From contig SMSO01000033.1 of NCBI GenBank assembly GCA_004764695.1, positions 620,001 through 684,000 of the forward strand: 64,000 bases of DNA, given 5' to 3'. The notes beneath the pieces are model-generated. The model saw only the letters and a program-made list of their open reading frames with translations, did no database searches and had not been told where the DNA came from. A program made the translations under genes and the position numbers. Below are positions 9,595 to 19,507 of the stretch, in pieces; the first letter of the stretch is position 1, and each line of letters starts with the position of its first letter. Source of the DNA: Schizochytrium sp. TIO01. Taxonomy: Eukaryota; Protista; Bigyra: Labyrinthulomycetes.

Positions 9595-12500
9595 ATGAAT
9601 GTTGAGGTAGTTGTTCGTGTTGTGCCGACAGGCAAGCACGGAGATGACGGATTTGGATCTGCTTCCAGACGTGGCTCGACACTTAGCTACTATGTTGAAG
9701 AGGACGAGAGTAAGGACCATTTTGATGAGGACGGCATCGATACAGAAAAATGCGTCACAGTGTGTAATTCATCTACATTAAGATCGGGTTTCAAGGTTTT
9801 CGATGTTGATGCCATCACTGAAGTTGATATGGCCAGATGCCAGGATCGAGTGGATCTGGAGAAACTTTTTCAATCTTTCATTCGCCCTGTTGTTCAATCA
9901 AGTCACCAACTGCAACGCACTGGTCTCGTGATGATTCAAGGTTGCGCCCATCATGATGATTTTGTTTATGTATTACATCAAATTGTTGCATCTTGCCTGC
10001 ATGAAGCGGGGAGGAACATTCCCATTCGCTTGACCGGCACCGAAGTATGGAATGAAACAACGAGAGACCTTATCGCTCCTGAAACCCAGGAAGATCAAGT
10101 TTTAGCATCTAAAGGCTCGAGCGTGAAAATTCGTGCGCCAGAGGATGTCCTCGGCCTTGCTGCTCTCCTTCTGAAACGTCGAAGGCGAGCACGTGGCCAA
10201 CGCGGTTTTGTTTCTCACATGATCGTGTCTTTGACCTGGGGCAAAGGTTGTGGTCTTGACCTTGTCGACCTTGCTGAAGCCCATCATGGAGCTTCCCAGG
10301 AAATGCGTTGTATTAAAAAGTCTCGCTTAGCACTCGAAAAAGTGATATGTGCGTTAAATTCAGCAAACATGCAACGCGGAGGTCACATTCCCTTTCGGGA
10401 CTCCAAATTAACCCGCATGCTTCAACCTACTTTGTTGCAGCCATCACGTGTATTACTCCTTGCAACTGTAGGCCAATCTATGGAGGAATCGATCGGAACA
10501 CTCTCTACGCTCGAATTTTGCAACAATATCCGAAGGGGTAAACGCCAGCGACGAAATTCCAGTGTTTCACTCCAGCCTAGTCAAATTTCAAATGATGTGG
10601 AGTCTGTAAGCTCTCGGCAGTCGTTTTCGACTTTAGCTAGCGCAGATGTTAAGTCGCTTGGTCTTCCGGTTACTACTGAGCCTCCCGAGGAGAACTTCTC
10701 GCGCTTACAGCGTGATAACCGAGCCAAAGCTCGTCTCATAAATATCTTAGCCTCTGAAACAGTCGGGAAGGGTGATGCAATTAAATCGCTTGTTGAGGAA
10801 TCCCGTGACAAGCAACAAGCACTTGAAAATGCGCAAAATGAGGTTGCAGCACAGCGTGAAATTATCATGCAAATGCGCGGACAAATTGAAGAGCAGCAGC
10901 TCCGCATCGAGCAACTTGCGGAGCAAAGTCAGCGGTATCTACTTGTGACAGAGACGAGCAAGAGTGCTGCAGCCCAAGCCCATCGTGACGCAGATGCTCG
11001 TATTGCCGATCTCGAGGCAGCGAATGAACGTTTGATGGAGCGTACTGCCAACAGTGCGGAGGAGTACACTATCAAACTCAAACAACAGCTCGTATCTTTA
11101 GATAAGGTAAGCGCCGAATTGTCACAAGCTCGAGCAGAGCAAGCGGCTATGCGCGTTGAGCACGAGGCTGTACTGCACACTTTGCGAACCGATTTCAACG
11201 CAGAAAAAGCCAAACTTAAGCGGGAGGCTGTTGAGCTCGCTCATGAATGCCAAGTGCTAGAGCAGCATCATGAGCGTCTAGTGAATGAATGTAGACTTCT
11301 CGAAGATGATCACAGCAGGTTTCAAGTTGAAGTTGCTGCACATGCTCGTTCTGCTTTATGTGCCGAAATGCGAGCAGTAGTTAAAGCGCGTAAATGGCAA
11401 ATGCGTGCTCGAGCATGGGAAACAACTTGCATTGCGATGCTCAGAGCTGCTTTAAAATCACAAGAAGGACTTCGTTCAGACCTTCGAACTGTCTTAGGAA
11501 TTGCAACAGCCATTCGTTTTGCATTTGCAATTTCCCTCCAATCGAAAGCTTCAACATCAGACCAGCGTCAAGAATTTAAGGCTATGCGCTCACCGAGTTT
11601 GGACTATGAAAAGGAGTTACCAGTTGTACTGCCTGGTGATGAAGAAAAGAAAATTTCTGAAGGTGATGTGTGGAGCGCACCATCGCAGGACGATAGCGAT
11701 ATTTGCGATTACTCCCAATTTATGGATAATGTAGAACACGCTATGACTGTGGATGACTACGAAAAGGCAATGTCCTTGCAAGGCCTTGATGCGGCTTCTC
11801 TTGAAGATGACGAGCTTATTACTCAACTCGAGGATGCACGTAGTATGCAGAATGAATTAGACCAAATGCTTGAGTTAGCTTGTCAGTCGTCATTGGTGGA
11901 GTCGGTTGATATGAACGAAGGAGACAGTATTCAACAAGAGCTTGAAAGCCAGATGCATGAGCTTGACGCCGAATTAGAAGAGCTCGAAATTCGCAGTATT
12001 GGTAGCAGTCTTTATATTAGTAGCGTAGCAGACGGAGATACCGCGACAAGTAATATAATAGGTGCAAAGAACCCAGATCAAATCGAGAATTCCTCAGCAA
12101 AATGTTGTATCGAAACTGAATCTCAATTGGAAATTCAAGGCGACTATTCAGATGTTGATAAAGAAGCGTCAATGGACGAAGATAAGGTTTCTTGCCTGGA
12201 AGATCCAAATGATATGATTAAGGCTTCTTGCGAAGAATACCCAGATAATTTTGTCCCTACAAAAGAGAAAGAGGGAGACAAACAAGAATTGTCTACGGAT
12301 TGCGACTCATTGGTCGGGGCAGTTGAAATCATTCGAGTAATCCAAGATATCGTCGAAGAAGTTGTGAAAACTTCAAAGATTACAAATTTGTCTGCTTCAA
12401 TGATTGTATCAGAGAAAGCTTATGGAAATTGCCCGCAAAAGGGGATTGAAGAGAGCATCAAAAGCAAAGACAGTTCTAGGTGCCCTGAAGGGGACAGCAC

Positions 12501-13365
12501 GGGGAAGTATCATACAGAGGGTGCAAGTAACTCATCTAGCTCAGGAGACAATATTCGTGAGGTGGACTCTGAGGAGTCTTCCCACGAAGATGAACAAATT
12601 CAGGAAACTTTGACTTGTGCGGACGTTTCTAGTTCCTCTGTTCTGGTTACAAACAATGCCGATAGAATGGAGTCCGGCAGTTTTGGAGCAACAAGGTCTT
12701 GCATTAAAACACCTCTGTCCATCGAGACAAGTTCTATCGAATTATTTGTCGAAGAAGAAGCACGCATTGAGCAGGAGCTTCTTGCCAAGGTTGAGAATCT
12801 TGAAAATACAATTCGCGACCGAGATGCAACCATCGAATCTCTGGAGCGTCTCCTTCTCAGTGACACTATCGAGGAAGACTTTACTGAAAACGATCAAGAC
12901 AGTATTGCAAGTGGGTCCACGAGATCAGCGGAAGAGCTTCAGCGTCTCCAACAAGAGCTTGCTTCTGCTCGTCATGAGCTTGAAGTTGCCCATGAGGAGA
13001 GAAAGCAGACGCTTCAAGCTCTGGAGCGCAAGAGCGCTGTGATTTCCCAGCTTAGCTTGGAGCGTAACCAATTCAATGAGGATAAGAGCAGCATTCAGCG
13101 AGAAGCATTTAACATTATTTCCTGGTTACAGCGAGAGGATGATCGCAAATCCAAATTAATTGCGGCTCTTCTGAAAGAGAAGAACACAGCACCTCCAGTG
13201 TTTACTAAGCCCACGGCTGTGTCTGCTTTTACCCCAGTAGAAAATCCGTTTTTGTCCCCACCAGTTTCACCTCGTGCGCCTGAACCTACGCCTAAAGTGA
13301 ACTCAGTAGAGTCAACACAGCAGAGAGAGATGAGAATTCCTTCACCTGCGAATTCGCTCGACTAG
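9595..13365 (+). CDS. Kinesin-like protein with degenerate N-terminal motor domain, long coiled coil and acidic tail
   Basis: NVEVVVRVVP, EVWNETTRDL, LVDLA, KSRLALEKVICAL, HIPFRDSKLTRMLQPTL and ESIGTLSTLEF are kinesin motor hallmarks, followed by heptad-rich segments. P-loop and switch motifs are not canonical. Confidence 0.85.
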   Translation: MNVEVVVRVVPTGKHGDDGFGSASRRGSTLSYYVEEDESKDHFDEDGIDTEKCVTVCNSSTLRSGFKVFDVDAITEVDMARCQDRVDLEKLFQSFIRPVVQSSHQLQRTGLVMIQGCAHHDDFVYVLHQIVASCLHEAGRNIPIRLTGTEVWNETTRDLIAPETQEDQVLASKGSSVKIRAPEDVLGLAALLLKRRRRARGQRGFVSHMIVSLTWGKGCGLDLVDLAEAHHGASQEMRCIKKSRLALEKVICALNSANMQRGGHIPFRDSKLTRMLQPTLLQPSRVLLLATVGQSMEESIGTLSTLEFCNNIRRGKRQRRNSSVSLQPSQISNDVESVSSRQSFSTLASADVKSLGLPVTTEPPEENFSRLQRDNRAKARLINILASETVGKGDAIKSLVEESRDKQQALENAQNEVAAQREIIMQMRGQIEEQQLRIEQLAEQSQRYLLVTETSKSAAAQAHRDADARIADLEAANERLMERTANSAEEYTIKLKQQLVSLDKVSAELSQARAEQAAMRVEHEAVLHTLRTDFNAEKAKLKREAVELAHECQVLEQHHERLVNECRLLEDDHSRFQVEVAAHARSALCAEMRAVVKARKWQMRARAWETTCIAMLRAALKSQEGLRSDLRTVLGIATAIRFAFAISLQSKASTSDQRQEFKAMRSPSLDYEKELPVVLPGDEEKKISEGDVWSAPSQDDSDICDYSQFMDNVEHAMTVDDYEKAMSLQGLDAASLEDDELITQLEDARSMQNELDQMLELACQSSLVESVDMNEGDSIQQELESQMHELDAELEELEIRSIGSSLYISSVADGDTATSNIIGAKNPDQIENSSAKCCIETESQLEIQGDYSDVDKEASMDEDKVSCLEDPNDMIKASCEEYPDNFVPTKEKEGDKQELSTDCDSLVGAVEIIRVIQDIVEEVVKTSKITNLSASMIVSEKAYGNCPQKGIEESIKSKDSSRCPEGDSTGKYHTEGASNSSSSGDNIREVDSEESSHEDEQIQETLTCADVSSSSVLVTNNADRMESGSFGATRSCIKTPLSIETSSIELFVEEEARIEQELLAKVENLENTIRDRDATIESLERLLLSDTIEEDFTENDQDSIASGSTRSAEELQRLQQELASARHELEVAHEERKQTLQALERKSAVISQLSLERNQFNEDKSSIQREAFNIISWLQREDDRKSKLIAALLKEKNTAPPVFTKPTAVSAFTPVENPFLSPPVSPRAPEPTPKVNSVESTQQREMRIPSPANSLD

Positions 13366-13638
13366 GCTTAAGAAAATAAAACAAAATAGAAATAATTGAT
13401 CTTGAAAATATGTGTCATTGTTTCTGCTAAATTGTAAGACTTAACTCAATTATTCTACGTTTTCGTAGCGAGTGCCTGGACTGCAAATAAAAAGTTGCAC
13501 AAGCAAGCTGCCACATGATCTCGCGAAAACCAGGAGGTGTATCGCAATCTTACAACATTAAACCAAAGCAAACTAGACCTTGCTAATCAATTTTTGGCAC
13601 CCACAGGCCATGTCAAACTGTAGTTGTTCTCTTAGGCT

Positions 13639-14280
13639 TTAGAACTTAATCGGCGCGTGCTTGCTCCAGTAGTCCACAGACTTACGGTACTCGTCCTTGT
13701 CAAGCTTTACGCCGGATCCACCTTCATCTTTGCCGAGCGCATTGCGCAGCATTGTGATGGGTTGCATAGGTAGCTCCTGCATGGCATTCTGGGGTTTGAT
13801 AGAGATGATGCCCCACGGAGCCGGCTCAGAGGGATCGCCTTCCTCACCCATGGCTTCATTCTCCTTATTAATCTGATCCCGGGAGTACAAAATGATGTCC
13901 AAGGACTCAGCCTCTGGGACTTTGCCAATATCCTCTGCCATAAAGAAACGCTGGAGCACAGGAAGCTCATTCTCGCGGCGAGCTTCGTATGCGGTACGAA
14001 TAAGGTGCTGGTTTTCTGAAGTGATGGGCAAGTCCAGAGTCAGAGCTCCACAAAAGTTTTTCATAAAAACGTGTTTGCAAAACGGCGCATATCCGGGCTT
14101 GAGACATGCCTCAAGGCCACCTTGGTTTGCAATTTCCTCGTTGACATGGTCTTCAAAAGCCTGTTTATCGTACGCGATTTTGCCGACCGCTGAGAGATCA
14201 CTGGAGCCAGCCTCTGCGAACTGTCTGAAAGCGAACTTGTCCAGCGTCACAAACTTGCTCCGAGTCGCAGCAAACGCCAT
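13639..14280 (-). CDS. DUF3228-family protein (reported as flagellar-associated in protists)
   Basis: LDKFAFRQF, GYAPFCKHVFMKNF, YEARRENELPVLQRFF, ILYSRDQINKE, WGIISIK, LPMQPITMLRNALGKDEGGSGV, SVDYW. Confidence 0.85.
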   Translation of the reverse strand: MAFAATRSKFVTLDKFAFRQFAEAGSSDLSAVGKIAYDKQAFEDHVNEEIANQGGLEACLKPGYAPFCKHVFMKNFCGALTLDLPITSENQHLIRTAYEARRENELPVLQRFFMAEDIGKVPEAESLDIILYSRDQINKENEAMGEEGDPSEPAPWGIISIKPQNAMQELPMQPITMLRNALGKDEGGSGVKLDKDEYRKSVDYWSKHAPIKF

Positions 14281-14562
14281 CTTGTAGGCACAATCGATAT
14301 TAGAGACTCACTGTCGAGAGATCTCTACGAGTTTGGTTTCTCCAAATCTCTGGAGAAGGTCATCCCCAGTTTTTACTGCGTTCTCCCAAAGTTCCGCAAG
14401 GGTTCCTTTTGTTTTATTTTTGTTCTACTCGTCTTCGTTTGGTGGTTAGATTGAAAGTTGCATTTAGAGAATCTTAATTCTCGAGCATTCCATTGAGCTT
14501 TTGAAGACGCGGCAAAGACTATCCGATACATTTAATCTATCTCGGCACTTCTGCGTGGGCGC

Positions 14563-15810
14563 ATGCTACGAGCTGCTGCACGTTCTGGAGGAGTGAGGAA
14601 GTTTGGCTCGATAACACTGCGAAACATGGCAACGGCTTCGGGCTCCACCACGACCAGGACAACGCGTGCACGCAAGGTCAAAGATGATGCCGAGGTGAAA
14701 GACAAAGTCGCTGAAAGTCCCGTCAAGAAGACACGCAAGCCTTCGACAAAGAAACCCGCTGAGGAGGATAAAACTCCAACAAAGCAGACTAAAGCGACGA
14801 AGTCCAAGGCAAAAGCCGAAAAGCCCGCCGATGATGCCCCAAAGGCAAAGAAGGCTCGCAAGACCCCGGCAGAACGTGATGCTGGCAAGTCTATTTTTCC
14901 GCGTGAGGAAACCAAACGCCAACTCGTAGAAGAAGGTAGACTCGACAAAGACTTGTTCAAGGTTATTTCGTGGAATGTGAACGGGCTTCGTGCACTTACT
15001 CGTAAACAGCCCACACTTCTTCAAGAGCTTGTAGATGCTGAGAAACCTCACATTGTTTGTCTCCAGGAGACCAAGATCCAAGAAAACCACGTCGATCAAT
15101 TTGATAAGCTTGTGAAGGGTTATACGAGCTTCTGGTCATGCTCCACCGTGAAAAAGGGCTACGCAGGAACAGCAATGTTTATTTCGGAGAAATTCAAGCC
15201 TGAGGAATTTACCATCAGCTATGGTATTGGGCTTGATAAGCATGAAGGCGAGGGGCGGGCCATTACAGTTCGCCTTCCATTTTGCAATATTGTTGCACTC
15301 TATGTTCCTAATGCAGGCCAGGATCTTAAACGGCTTGATTACCGGACCAAAGAGTGGGACTTGGACTTGCGGACTTACTTGCGCGACCTTGAAACTGAGA
15401 CTGGTCGACCGTGCATTGTTTGTGGAGACCTAAATGTTGCTCACAGAGACATGGATGTCTGGAACCCCGATGCAAAGCACGTTCCAAAAACAGCAGGTAG
15501 TACACCCGAGGAAAGGGCTTCTTTTACTGAGTTTCTTGATGAGATGAAGTATGTTGATGCCTTCCGCTATTTGCATGGAGATGTGCTTGGTCATTTTACA
15601 TACTGGTCTATGAGGACAAATGGCAGACCTTTCAACCGTGGTAACCGTCTTGACTATTTTTGCATGCCTCAATCAATCGCTGACCGAGAGGCCAAAACTG
15701 AAGTTCCGGTGCGTCTTTTCGACACTTATGTCTTACATGAGCCAACTGTTGGCGTCAGTGACCATTGCCCTGTCGCTTGCATTATGGAGGTGACTGACAA
15801 AAAGGAGTAA
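14563..15810 (+). CDS. APE1: AP endonuclease 1 / exodeoxyribonuclease III family
   Basis: ISWNVNGLRA, CLQETK, KKGYAGTA, EGRAIT, YVPNAG, CGDLNVAH, FTYWS, RLDYF, SDHCPV. Arg-rich N-terminus followed by a Lys-rich region. Confidence 0.95.
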   Translation: MLRAAARSGGVRKFGSITLRNMATASGSTTTRTTRARKVKDDAEVKDKVAESPVKKTRKPSTKKPAEEDKTPTKQTKATKSKAKAEKPADDAPKAKKARKTPAERDAGKSIFPREETKRQLVEEGRLDKDLFKVISWNVNGLRALTRKQPTLLQELVDAEKPHIVCLQETKIQENHVDQFDKLVKGYTSFWSCSTVKKGYAGTAMFISEKFKPEEFTISYGIGLDKHEGEGRAITVRLPFCNIVALYVPNAGQDLKRLDYRTKEWDLDLRTYLRDLETETGRPCIVCGDLNVAHRDMDVWNPDAKHVPKTAGSTPEERASFTEFLDEMKYVDAFRYLHGDVLGHFTYWSMRTNGRPFNRGNRLDYFCMPQSIADREAKTEVPVRLFDTYVLHEPTVGVSDHCPVACIMEVTDKKE

Positions 15811-15855
15811 ATATAGAAGTAGTCCCACATTTGCAATCATTCACTTTACATACAT

Positions 15856-16758
15856 CTAGAAAATAAACTTATTACTAGCTTTACTTTTTGCTGAAGGGAG
15901 GAATGTATTCCAGTTTCTTGACTTGAAACCAACAACTCTGGTATTTTGGTTATACAGTACGCTTGTAGGCAAGACCGGGCTGAGTTCCTTGAGCCTCTCA
16001 GCAGGGCTTATGAAACCTTTAATACCCAGAGTTACGTGCGGTATTCTTGCACCAACTGCTCCAGCACCTTCGAAATGGAGTCTTGAGTTCTCTACACTCA
16101 ACCTATGAAGTGTCTTCATAATGAAATTTTAGGCCCGTTCATCAAGGCAAATATATTCACCAAGACAATTCTCAATTATGTGTTTCAAGTCCCTGAGTAT
16201 GATCTGAACATAAGTGGAAGCTCCAGTTCTGTGGCTTCAATTTTTAACTGGCAATGCTGCAAGCAATTTATTGGACTTCACAAAACGGCTGGAGGTTTTC
16301 CTGAAGTCCGCACATGCGAAGGAGATATGATTGCTGTTTCGGCCAAACCTGGTATCACCTTGGTCGTAAGAGATGGTCAAGGAATGGAGACCATCTTCGC
16401 TGTTGTTGAAACTAAATGACCTAATCAATTAATTAGTATTAACTTTCAGCACGAATATAAAAAAAACATTTAGTGTCGATCCCAATACTTGGTCGTACGC
16501 TGCCTTTTCCATTTTATCCATCAAAAGAGTAAGACTCCCCAGATCAATTCCGACAGAACAGAGGTATTGAAAGTTGGTAGCTATCCTTTCAATTTCATTC
16601 CTCTCTTTTTCATTAAGGGCGGTGTTCTTACAAAGCTCACTAAGGCGCAAGCAACAAACTTCAAAACGAGGGAAAATCTGGCTCCAAACATCGGTTTCAA
16701 AGGGACTTAGATAGCCGCAGTCATTTGTTTTCGCGCGCAGCCTTAAAACTATTAACAA
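15856..16758 (-). pseudogene. Possible decayed ORF (~300 codons in one frame, 3 internal stops), family unknown
   Basis: ORF-track pieces 16429-16758, 16237-16428 and 15856-16119 share one frame and are separated by single stops (16429-31, 16237-39, ~16129). Confidence 0.3.
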
Positions 16759-17459
16759 GCTTATTTAGCTTGGTTAAACCTCGACCGGGACTGAAAAGGC
16801 CATGGTCTCAGAGACATCTTTTAAAGTAGTTTCAAAACCATTTAAAAAAGTCAAACTAACTATCGACTGATTCGAATAGACCTACGATGGTATTATGCCC
16901 TTCTGAGTTGCACCCTTGCCCTTTATCTTTGCGACTTTTTTCTTCTTTCGATAGAAAAAACATTAAGTGTTGATTGTACTCCTCTATCTTCACTTTTCCG
17001 TAGAAGATGGAGATCCCTGCGAAATGGAAAAAAAGCACGTGGCAACGGATATGTGTGTACTAGAGATAGAGAGGCATAATATAGATTTTGTTTTTCGTGA
17101 GGGGGGACCATATGGGCGATACTGTGATAGATACCATAGGGAGTCTTTATTTTATCTTTCCACCAACGTCTCTTTTTATGACAAAGAAATTTGGGTTAAA
17201 TTTGGCGCCTGTAATTGATATTAGAGGACAGGCAATCCCGATGTGACTCCGCTCATCGAGCGGTAGCGCAAAGGGAAAGGTTAACACACGTTTGTTGAAC
17301 TTGTTAAGCTGCTATAGCAGCAGCATTGGCGACACGTGTGACAAACATTGCACGTCAGTCTGGCAGGGCAAGGGTGCCAGGCAAAGAAGAGTCATTGAAT
17401 AAATATTTGTCTTCGCTGGAATTTATCAAGGTGTTTAGGTTCGTTCTTGCGAAAACAAC

Positions 17460-19229
17460 ATGTCAATGCCCCCGTCTGATCGGATGCGACCATGGTCGGC
17501 CAAGCAGCACAGCTCGCTTAACTCGCAGGCAATATCTTTAGAAAAAACGAGCTCCATACCCGCACGTCCAGCGTCGGCTATGGACCGTCTTCGGAGTAAT
17601 CGAGATATTGGTGACCCACTGACAGGGATTCGAAAACGCAACTTATATCAAGCTCATGCGCGACGAATCTATTCTCGTGAAATGACAAATCTTGACGAGC
17701 AACTTGACATGCTTGCTGCATCCATGCGTCAAGGACCTGAGAAGACTGATCATGAAAAGCGCGTGACAGCTATGGCGGCCCACCTCAACAAACAAGCTCG
17801 AGATGCTTTCCTTCAAGAGTCGCAGCATCAAGCAGCAGGCTATGCGGGCCGTCGGAGACCTTCCGCAACAGCTGTAGAGCCAAGCGTGCCTTTACACATC
17901 GCCAGTCAACGTGCTGAAGAATCAGCGAAGGCATATGGACACGGGGCTACACCATTTACTCGTCATGAACCAGAAGTCGAAGCCGAACAGTGGCTCGAAC
18001 ACATGTGGCTCGCTAAACGTACAAAGGATATGGTTTCCCGGGCACAGGAAGAGCAAGTACGGAAAGCTTTACGAGATTGGGAACGACAGCGACAAGAACG
18101 CGAAGATGCATTTGAAAACATTCTTCGGAAGAGAAAACAGTTACGGGGCTCAACTTTGCCGATGGGCTGCAAATCATCTCGAAGTGTCGATAATCGTGTG
18201 GAGGTGGATTCTGATGTACAGAGAACTCGTATGGAACGAAATCTCAAAGTCTTTGAAACTACAACAACAAATTCACATGTACCCCCGCCCCCCTTTCGAC
18301 AGCATTCCGCTAGTACTGCGGAGCAGTTGCAAAGACCTAAGTCAGCAGTTCCTACTCGCCGAGCGAAATCATTTTCCCTACGCTCAGAAAATGATGCTTC
18401 CTCAGCGCAAAAAAAACAAGCAATCGAATCCTCCAGTAAATCTCGCAAGATTGTTCCTTCGCATTTACTTGTTCAACGACGTGTGGTTATGAGCAAGACA
18501 AAAATTAACCCAGTTGAAGAGAAAATGGACGAGAGGAATAACGCTCCTTCACATAATGATGTGGCGCTAGAAGACCTCAGTGAGGGATCACAAGAGCTAC
18601 CGGAGAGTTCGATTAGAAGCAGCGCCGGAAAACCATCCCCAGGAACCGAGCTTTTGACTGGAGAATCCAATAGAGAGGCAGATTCGAGTTTAGAAAACTT
18701 GGAGGATCGCTCAAGAAGAGGCTCTGAGCAGGAAACTCAGAAAGGGCTTGTAGTCCTATCCTCATCCTCAAGATGCAATAAGTTTGCCTGGGATGTTGGA
18801 GAGGATTACGAACTTGAGGTTTTAGAGAATGCAGCTAATAATCGTGCAGCTACTCATAAACTAATGCAAAACGGCAAAATCCAGTACTTGTCAGCACAAA
18901 CGAATGATCAGTTATCTGAATGCCGAGCAATTCTTGAGCGCTTTGAGGACAAAGGTCTAGGCAGCGAAATCTCAGCAGAAACACTTTATCGAGCATTAGT
19001 GACACCACAAGATATTCCTTATAAGATTGCTATTAAGAATCTTAAACTCCCAGGGAGCACACTGCCTCATGACCCTGCTGTGCTGGCCGCAAAGAAGGCT
19101 GCTTCTGGGAAAAAGGGAAAGAAGAAAGGACTCAAAAAGAAAGCGGGTGGAGCTAAGAAGAAAGCAAAGAAGGCAGGAGCAAAATCGGGCGCCTCATCAC
19201 CAAAGAAGGGGAAGAAAAAGAAGAAGTAG
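17460..19229 (+). CDS. Hypothetical protein with coiled coil, disordered middle and poly-Lys C-terminal tail
   Basis: 589-aa ORF with ATG start. C-terminal segment RALVTPQDIPYKIAIKNLKLPGSTLPHDP is followed by a ~45-aa K/A/G-rich tail. Confidence 0.75.
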   Translation: MSMPPSDRMRPWSAKQHSSLNSQAISLEKTSSIPARPASAMDRLRSNRDIGDPLTGIRKRNLYQAHARRIYSREMTNLDEQLDMLAASMRQGPEKTDHEKRVTAMAAHLNKQARDAFLQESQHQAAGYAGRRRPSATAVEPSVPLHIASQRAEESAKAYGHGATPFTRHEPEVEAEQWLEHMWLAKRTKDMVSRAQEEQVRKALRDWERQRQEREDAFENILRKRKQLRGSTLPMGCKSSRSVDNRVEVDSDVQRTRMERNLKVFETTTTNSHVPPPPFRQHSASTAEQLQRPKSAVPTRRAKSFSLRSENDASSAQKKQAIESSSKSRKIVPSHLLVQRRVVMSKTKINPVEEKMDERNNAPSHNDVALEDLSEGSQELPESSIRSSAGKPSPGTELLTGESNREADSSLENLEDRSRRGSEQETQKGLVVLSSSSRCNKFAWDVGEDYELEVLENAANNRAATHKLMQNGKIQYLSAQTNDQLSECRAILERFEDKGLGSEISAETLYRALVTPQDIPYKIAIKNLKLPGSTLPHDPAVLAAKKAASGKKGKKKGLKKKAGGAKKKAKKAGAKSGASSPKKGKKKKK

Positions 19230-19507
19230 AATAAGTGAATTTTGTTTCTTGTCTTTCGTATGAAACGCAACTCTGACAAAGACACAAAATTCTCCCAAAT
19301 TGCGATTGACTGATTACCTATCAAATAGATACTAGTAAAAATGATAATGCGTCACCTGTATGTGTCAGAAATAGTTTTTTGGGGAGTGGTTGTTGAATGA
19401 ATGAAACTAATTGATATTTGTAAATGTGTCAACTGCGACAGCAGTGAATTTGATAAATTACACATTAAAAAGAGGAATAGGCAGTGCAAGTCATTCTATG
19501 ATCAAAT

